A DNA stretch of 64,000 bases from an uncultured Planctomycetota bacterium (GTDB lineage: Bacteria > Planctomycetota > Planctomycetia > Gemmatales > Gemmataceae), in contig CAWKHF010000012.1 in the NCBI GenBank assembly GCA_963849325.1, positions 352,001 through 416,000 of the forward strand, in the 5' to 3' direction. Under the pieces are notes generated by a model. The model was not told where the DNA came from and did no database searches. It worked only from the letters and a program-made list of their open reading frames with translations. Below are positions 57,814-64,000 of this stretch, piece after piece; the stretch's first letter is position 1; each line of letters opens with the position of its first letter. The position numbers and the translations under genes were made by a program.

Positions 57814-58554
57814 ATGACGCCAACTGTGCTCAACCCGGACTATGTCGAGCTGGCCGAGCTGGCCGGCGGCTTCATCCACGAAATCAAGAACCACCTGAGC
57901 ACGCTCGGCCTCAACCTGCAACTGCTGGCCGAGGATTTCCAGGAGCCGCAATCGCAGCGCGAGCGCCGCGCCCTGGAGCGCGTCCAGCGCTTGCAGAACG
58001 AGTGCCAGCGACTGGTGGACGTCTCCAACGACTTCCTCCGCTTCGCCCGCGTCAAGGATCTGGAGCTGACGCCGGCCGACCTCGGCGAAGTCGTCGAGGA
58101 AATGGTCGACTTCTTCGGCCCGACGGCGCGGGCGGCCAACATCGACATCAAGAGTTACCTCCCCGCCGACCTGCCGCCGGTCGCCCTCGACCGCGACCTG
58201 TTCAAGCAGGCGCTGCTCAACCTGCTGCTCAACGCCCAGCAGGCGATGCCGGACGGCGGCGAGATCACCCTGCAGGCCGGCGCGCGAGCCGGCGGGCGTG
58301 GTTCTTGAGCCTGATCGACACCGGCAAGGGCATGTCGCCGGAGGTGCTGGCCAAGGTGTTTCGGCCGTTCTTACTCGACGCGCAGCGGCGGCACCGGCCT
58401 GGGCCTGCCGACGACGCGCAAGATCATCGAGGCCCACGGCGGCACCATCGACGTGCAGAGCGAGGTCGGCCGCGGCACCAAGTTCACCATCCGCCTGCCC
58501 GCAACGTCGTTAGGAACGATTTCCCCAATAGCCCGGAGCGCAAGCGACGGGTGA
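57814..58554 (+). CDS. Cytoplasmic histidine kinase (HisKA + HATPase, no sensor domain); indels, 3' end approximate
   Basis: [36 protein letters not shown]. Confidence 0.88.
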
Positions 58555-58581
58555 AAAATCCCGTCGCTTGCGCTCCGGGCT
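58530..58581. repeat. REP-like palindrome family C
   Basis: Arms identical to those at 41337-41395. Confidence 0.88.
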
Positions 58582-58670
58582 TGTATTTTGGAAACAGCTG
58601 AAATCTCTCTTGCAATAAACTATCTCCCTCGCTATATCCTCGCGCCTCAAACTCTATCGGGGAGAGAGGC

Positions 58671-59801
58671 ATGCGAACCGAATGCGACGCCGTGGTCGTC
58701 GGCGGCGGCTTCTTCGGCTGCATGACCGCGCTGGAATTGCGGCGGCGCTGCCGGCACGTCGTCCTGCTCGAACAGGGCAACGACCTGCTGTTGCGGGCGT
58801 CGTACCACAACCAGGCCCGCGTCCATCACGGCTATCACTACCCGCGTAGTCTGCGCACTGCCCTGCGTTCGCGGATCAACTTCCCGCGCTTCGTCGCACA
58901 GTTCGACTTCTGCATCGAGCGAAGTTTCGACAAGTATTACGGCGTGGCTCGCCAGTTCTCGAAGGTGACCGCTCGGCAGTTCCGCAATTTCTTCGCGCAC
59001 GTCCAGGCGCCGATCGAGCGAGCGTCTGCCGCCGTCCGCCGCCTGTTCAACAGCGATCTCGTCGAGGACGTTTACCGCGTCACCGAATACGCCTTCAACG
59101 CCGTCCGCCTGCGCGAATGGCTGCGCCAACGGCTGATCGAATCGGAGGTCGAGGTCCGCTTGGGCACGGACGCCGAGCGCGTCCGGCCTTATGCGGGCGG
59201 CCGGTTGCTGCTGACAACGGAGACGCCGCAGGGACGTGTCGAGCTGGTGGCGGGCGAAGTGTTCAACTGCGCCTACGCGCAGATCAATCGCCTGTTGGAC
59301 GGCTCGGGGTTGCCGTTGGTCCCGCTCAAACAGGAGCTGACGGAGATGGCCCTGGTGCGCGTGCCGGAGCCGCTGACGCGCATGGGGATCACACTCATGT
59401 GTGGGCCGTTCTTCTCGGTGATGCCGTTTCCGCCGCGCGGTCTGCACTCGCTGAGCCACGTCCGCTACACCCCGCATACCACCTGGGCGGAGGGGACCGG
59501 GGTCTATCGACCGGCCTACGCCGCGATGGAGGATCGGCTGCGGCGGTCGCACTACGCCTGGATGATACGGGACGCGGCGCGGTTCGTGCCGCTGCTGGGC
59601 GAGTGTGGTTACGAGGGTTCCTTGTGGGAGATCAAGACCATCTTGCCGCGCAGCGAGGTAGACGACAGCCGGCCTATCCTGTTCCAGCGCGACCACGGCC
59701 TGGCGAACCTACATTGTGTGCTGGGGGCCAAAATCGACAACATTTTCGACCTGCTGGACGAACTGAACAGCACGCCGCGGCCAGAAAGGCGGTCGGCATG
59801 A
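58671..59801 (+). CDS. FAD-dependent oxidoreductase (DAO-like) of a glycan cluster
   Basis: VVVGGGFFG, ASYHNQARVHHGYHYPRS, KIDN. Confidence 0.85.
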   Translation: MRTECDAVVVGGGFFGCMTALELRRRCRHVVLLEQGNDLLLRASYHNQARVHHGYHYPRSLRTALRSRINFPRFVAQFDFCIERSFDKYYGVARQFSKVTARQFRNFFAHVQAPIERASAAVRRLFNSDLVEDVYRVTEYAFNAVRLREWLRQRLIESEVEVRLGTDAERVRPYAGGRLLLTTETPQGRVELVAGEVFNCAYAQINRLLDGSGLPLVPLKQELTEMALVRVPEPLTRMGITLMCGPFFSVMPFPPRGLHSLSHVRYTPHTTWAEGTGVYRPAYAAMEDRLRRSHYAWMIRDAARFVPLLGECGYEGSLWEIKTILPRSEVDDSRPILFQRDHGLANLHCVLGAKIDNIFDLLDELNSTPRPERRSA

Positions 59802-60820
59802 TGAACCCGGACGCGATCGTCTCGGTGGTCGCCTACCTGCATAACGACGCCGACCTGCTCCGCGATTTCGTGGTCCGCGCCGTGGCGGCGCTGGAGGCCA
59901 GCTGCGACCATTTCGAGTTGATCCTGCTGGACGATCACTCGACGGATCGGACGCCGCTCGCCGTGGGTGGATTGCTGGAACGCTATCCGGGCCTGCGTTC
60001 CATCCGCCTGGCGCGTCGTTCGGGCGAGGAAGTAGCGGCCACGGCGGGACTGGACGCCGCCATCGGCGATTACGTCGTCGTCCTGCGGGCGCGCTTCGAT
60101 CCGCCGGAGGCGATCGCGGACATGATCGCGCTGGTGGTGCGCGAGGGCGGCACCGTGCTGGGCGTGACCGCCACGCCGGCGGAGCAAGGCTGGCTCTTTC
60201 GCTCCTGTCGCCGCTTGTTTTACCGCACGGTCGGCCTGCTCCTGCGGGCGCGCGTGCCGGCCGATTCCACGGGATTCTGCGTGCTGGCCCGCGCCGTGGT
60301 CAACACCATCTCGCGCACGCGCTCCAAGAGCCGTCATCTGCGACTGCTGGCGTGTACGCTCGGCTACCCGGTGAGCCTGTATCGCTACGAGCTGGCCCGC
60401 CCGGCGCCGGAGCAGCGCCGCCGTCCGCTGCTGGGTGCGTTCCAGGACGCCCTGCGCATCCTCGTTTCCAGCTCGCAGACCCCGCTGCGGCTGGTCAGCG
60501 CGCTCGGCATCCTCGCCGGCTCGCTCAACCTCTGTTACGTCCTCTACGTCCTGGCCATCTACTTCTTCAAGAAGGAGGTGGCGCCCGGCTGGGTGACGCT
60601 GTCGCTGCAACTGGCGGCCATGTTCTTCTTCGTGTTCCTCATCCTCGTTTCGTTGTCGGAATACGTCGTGCAAATCCTGGCGGAGTCGCAGGACAATCCG
60701 CTCTACCACGTCGAGAGCGACCGCACCAGCGCCGTCACGGCCGGCTCGGGGCGGCGCAACGTCCTGAGCGATTCGACCGTCCCGGCCGAAACCCGGGGGA
60801 GGAACGATGAAGCCGCTTGA
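59798..60820 (+). CDS. GT2 GtrB/ArnC-like glycosyltransferase with two C-terminal TMs
   Basis: ELILLDDHSTDRT, AGLDAAIGDYVVV, PLRL, PGW, LSEYV, PLY; ATGA overlap. Confidence 0.85.
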   Translation: MMNPDAIVSVVAYLHNDADLLRDFVVRAVAALEASCDHFELILLDDHSTDRTPLAVGGLLERYPGLRSIRLARRSGEEVAATAGLDAAIGDYVVVLRARFDPPEAIADMIALVVREGGTVLGVTATPAEQGWLFRSCRRLFYRTVGLLLRARVPADSTGFCVLARAVVNTISRTRSKSRHLRLLACTLGYPVSLYRYELARPAPEQRRRPLLGAFQDALRILVSSSQTPLRLVSALGILAGSLNLCYVLYVLAIYFFKKEVAPGWVTLSLQLAAMFFFVFLILVSLSEYVVQILAESQDNPLYHVESDRTSAVTAGSGRRNVLSDSTVPAETRGRNDEAA

Positions 60821-61643
60821 GGGGATCTTCCGCGCTCGCGGCTGGGACGTGCCGGACTTCACGCTCCTCGAATGGGGAGAGCGGCGTTCGTCCTATGCCC
60901 TATGCGTGTTCGTGCTCAACGAGGGCGAGCGCATCCGTGCCCAGCTCGAACGCATGCAGCCTCTGGCGCGATGCGTCGATGTGGTCGTCGCCGACGGAGG
61001 CAGTACCGACGGCGCGGTCGCGCCGGACGTCCTCAGCCGGCACGGTGTGCGCGCGCTGCTGACCAAGCGCGGACCCGGCCGGCTCAGCGCTCAGATGCGC
61101 ATGGCCCTGGCGTACGCGCTGGAGCGCGGCTACGAAGGCGTCGTCGTCATGGACGGCAACAACAAGGACGATCCGTCGGCGGTGCCGGCCTTTTTGCAAC
61201 TGTTGACGGTCGGCTACGATCACATTCAAGGTTCGCGTTACGTTCCCGGCGGACGAGCCGTCAATACGCCGTGGTCCCGACATCTCGCGGTCAAGTATCT
61301 GCATGCTCCTCTTCTCAGCCTCGCCGCGGGTTTCCGCTATACCGATACGACCAACGGTTTCCGCGCTTATAGCCGCCGCTTGCTGCTGGACGAACGGGTG
61401 GCGCCGTTCCGCGACGTCTTCGCCGGCTATGAGCTGCATTATTACCTGGCCATCCGGGCGGCCCGGCTGGGGTTCCACGTCTGCGAGACGCCGGTGACGC
61501 GAGCCTATCCGCCGGGAGAGACGCCGACGAAAATTCGCGGACTGCGCGGCAATCTCCGGATCCTGCGAACATTGTGGAAGGCGTGCTGTCACCAGTACGA
61601 CCCGCCCCAGACAGCGCCGCGCTCTTCACCGCTTGCGGCTTAG
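60807..61643 (+). CDS. GT2 polyprenol-phosphate glycosyltransferase-like protein
   Basis: VADGGSTDG, MDGNNKD, QGSRY, TDTTNGFRAYS. Confidence 0.88.
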   Translation: MKPLEGIFRARGWDVPDFTLLEWGERRSSYALCVFVLNEGERIRAQLERMQPLARCVDVVVADGGSTDGAVAPDVLSRHGVRALLTKRGPGRLSAQMRMALAYALERGYEGVVVMDGNNKDDPSAVPAFLQLLTVGYDHIQGSRYVPGGRAVNTPWSRHLAVKYLHAPLLSLAAGFRYTDTTNGFRAYSRRLLLDERVAPFRDVFAGYELHYYLAIRAARLGFHVCETPVTRAYPPGETPTKIRGLRGNLRILRTLWKACCHQYDPPQTAPRSSPLAA

Positions 61644-61669
61644 CGATTTCGATCGGGAAAGGAATGTCG

Positions 61670-62439
61670 ATGAGGACAGCGTTGATCGGTCATACCGGCT
61701 TCGTGGGCAGCAACCTGCTCGCGGAGCATCCTTTCGACGAGCTGTATCGCTCCACCAACATCGAGACCATCGCCGGCGAGCGTTTCGATCTCGTTGTCTG
61801 CGCCGCGCGCCGGCCGTCAAATGGAAGGCGAATCAGGATCCGGCCGCCGACCGCGCCTGCCTCGGTCGCTTGATGTCCGCCCTGGAGAGCATGACGGCGG
61901 AGCGCTTCGTCCTCATTTCGACGGTGGACGTGTATGGGCAAGTCAACGGTGTGGACGAGAGCCATCCTCCGATGGGCGCGATGCCTTACGGCGTGCATCG
62001 GTTGGAGCTGGAGCAGTTCATCGCCGCATGCTTCAACGCCCTGATCGTGCGTCTGCCGGCGATGTTTGGGCCGGGGCTGAAAAAGAATGCTGTTTACGAC
62101 CTGCTGAACAACAACCAGATCGAGAAGATCGACAGTCGATCGATGTTTCAATTCTACGACGTGCGCCGCCTGGGACATGACATTCTTATCGCATCCGATA
62201 AGGGGTTATCCTTGATTCACCTGGCGACGGAGCCGGTGTCGATGGCCGAGGTGGCGCGATCGGCCTTCGGTTTCGACTGGCACAATCACCTGCCGGCGAC
62301 GCCGCCGGCCTACGATTTGCGCACCCGTCATGCGGCGCTGTACGGCGGCTCGGACGGTTACATCTGCCGCAAGGAGCGCGTGCTGGCGGAACTGGCAGAG
62401 TTCGTGCAGGGGCAGGAAGGGAAGAAGCGATGCGCCTAG
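61670..62439 (+). CDS. NAD-dependent epimerase/dehydratase-like protein; one indel near 61810
   Basis: ALIGHTGFVGSNL, LISTVDVY, PYG.HR..LE, IVRLP. Confidence 0.85.
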
Positions 62440-63257
62440 CGATCTCGAACATCGCCTGGCCGGCCGGCGCGGACACCGCCGTGGCGCCGCTGCTGCGCGA
62501 GCACGGTGTCGAAGGCGTGGAGCTGGCCCTGACGAAAGTGTGGCCCGAACCGCTCGCCGTGTCGGCCGCCGAGGTCCGCGCGTACCGCGATGGCTGGGAG
62601 AAACAGGGACTGCACGTTGTCGCCTTGCAGGCACTTTTGTTCGGCAAGCCGCGCCTGACCCTGTTCGGCAGCGAGGAAGTTCGTCGGCAGATGCGAGACT
62701 ACCTCACGGGGATGATCGAGCGCGCCGGGCAACTCGGCGCCGGCGTCCTGGTGTTCGGTTCGCCGAAGAACCGGCAGATCCAGGGGCGGAGCCGTGCCGA
62801 GGCGTGGGCCATCGCCGTGCCGTTCTTCCGCGAGCTGGGCGCCGTGGCGCGACGGCATGGCGTGTGTTTCTGCATCGAGCCGAATCCGCCGGTCTACGGC
62901 TGCGATTTCGTGACCACGGTTGCCGAGGCCGTCGAGTTGGTGGACGCCGTCGCGGACGGCGGCTTCGGCCTGCACCTGGATACGGCGGCGATGTACCTTG
63001 CCGGCGACCCGCCCCGGGCGAGCATCACGGCAGCAGGCCCGCGCTGTCGCCATTTCCACGCCAGTGAGCCGTTCTTGAAAGAAGTCGGCGGCGGGACAAT
63101 CCTCCATGAGCCGTTTGCCCGCGCCGTACATTCGATCGATTATCGGGGATGGGTCTCGATCGAGATGGGCGAGACCGAGGAGTGGTCCGGGGCGATCGCA
63201 CGGGCGCTCTCCTTCGTGCGTGCCGCCTACGGCCCGGCGCCTGTCGCGTCCGCATGA
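62430..63257 (+). CDS. Sugar phosphate isomerase/epimerase (xylose-isomerase-like TIM barrel)
   Basis: LAISNIAW, LVFGSPKNR, CIEPNP, LHLD, HFHASEP, SIEM. Confidence 0.85.
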   Translation: MRLAISNIAWPAGADTAVAPLLREHGVEGVELALTKVWPEPLAVSAAEVRAYRDGWEKQGLHVVALQALLFGKPRLTLFGSEEVRRQMRDYLTGMIERAGQLGAGVLVFGSPKNRQIQGRSRAEAWAIAVPFFRELGAVARRHGVCFCIEPNPPVYGCDFVTTVAEAVELVDAVADGGFGLHLDTAAMYLAGDPPRASITAAGPRCRHFHASEPFLKEVGGGTILHEPFARAVHSIDYRGWVSIEMGETEEWSGAIARALSFVRAAYGPAPVASA

Positions 63258-63292
63258 CACGCGGCCTGACCGTATCCCTGCGGGAGAGAGAT

Positions 63293-64000
63293 ATGTCCGC
63301 GCAGCTCGATCCAACGACGAAGCCCCGGCTCGGGGAGCGAGGGTTATTCGCCCTCACCGCAGTCGCCAGCGTCATCTTGTTGGCGTTCCTGGTCTGGCCG
63401 GCGCTGGCACGGCTCCTGCCGATCTACTTCGACCTGATCGTCTTCCACCTGCCGATTCGGGCGTTCTACAGCCGTTGCCTGGCATCCGGGCATTCGTTCG
63501 ACTGGATACCGCACCTGTACGGCGGCATGTTCCTCAGCGGCGAGGGTGAACATGGGCCGTACCACCCTCTCCACCTACTTCTGTATCGCTGTCTGCCGCT
63601 CGATGTCGCCTTTCCGCTGGAAGTCGTCCTGCACGCTCCGCTGTTGTTCGTGGGCCTGTTCGTCTTCCTGCGCCGCTACGTTCGCGGCACCGCCGCCCTT
63701 GTGGGCGCCCTCAGTTACACTTTTTGCAGCAGCAGCATTTTGCATACGATCTATCCGAATTATCAGGGCGTGATGGCCCATCTTCCCTGGCTGCTGTGGC
63801 TAATGGACGTGGCGAGCGCAACTTCGTCGGCGCCGCGGCGACGGCTGGCCCTGTCGGTCCTTGCCCTGCTGACCGGCTCGCAGTTCTTGCTCGGCGCCCC
63901 GCAAGCGGTGTCCTACTGTCTGTTCACCGAGGCATTGTTCGCCGGCTTCCTCGCCTGGCAGCGCCGCCCAAGGGGAAGTTTCTGGATCGCTTGGGGCGCC
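63293..64000 (+). CDS. YfhO-like multi-TM (GT-C-type) membrane protein, 3' partial; absent from the ORF track because it has no stop in the window
   Basis: Open frame MSAQLD...DL..FHLP.RAFY...W.PHLYGG....GE.....YHPLHLLLY followed by many TMs. Confidence 0.75.
   Translation, partial: MSAQLDPTTKPRLGERGLFALTAVASVILLAFLVWPALARLLPIYFDLIVFHLPIRAFYSRCLASGHSFDWIPHLYGGMFLSGEGEHGPYHPLHLLLYRCLPLDVAFPLEVVLHAPLLFVGLFVFLRRYVRGTAALVGALSYTFCSSSILHTIYPNYQGVMAHLPWLLWLMDVASATSSAPRRRLALSVLALLTGSQFLLGAPQAVSYCLFTEALFAGFLAWQRRPRGSFWIAWGA

Overview
High-GC bacterial chromosome segment, most likely Planctomycetota (Gemmataceae-like), judged from DUF4058-like, BBP7-like and MoxR/DUF58/vWA genes. The assembly has many single-base indels, even in rpsO and pnp, so most genes are stitched from several ORF-track frames and their ends are approximate. 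Family calls are motif recognition from memory, not database hits. Contents in order: (1) 1-17.8 kb, a beta-propeller/MoxR/DUF58/BatA-vWA/coiled-coil/prenyltransferase-repeat operon interrupted by small cargo genes (hicBA, DUF4058, DUF433-DUF5615), followed by a toxin/immunity-like orphan pair. (2) 18.5-27.9 kb, an alpha-glucan locus: glgX, csbD-like, a GH57 branching enzyme and three GT4 paralogues behind a sigma-54-type promoter; two of the three GT4s have lost their donor-binding motifs. (3) 28-41 kb: NPCBM protein, BBP7 porin, PilZ, TM2, metallophosphoesterase, System II cytochrome c maturation, sulfotransferase, enolase-family enzyme and a coiled-coil membrane protein. (4) 41.5-54.9 kb, an eight-gene Ser/Thr phospho-signalling locus: two TM-FHA proteins, two paralogous Zn-ribbon/Ig receptor-like proteins, vWA, ZnR-FHA, a multi-Zn-ribbon kinase and a pseudokinase-PP2C fusion. 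(5) rpsO-pnp-histidine kinase. (6) A surface-glycosylation operon running off the end. Intergenic regions carry several palindromic REP-like families. No rRNA, tRNA, CRISPR array, transposase or integrase was seen. The best candidates for an undescribed system are (4) and the GT4 pseudoenzyme trio in (2).
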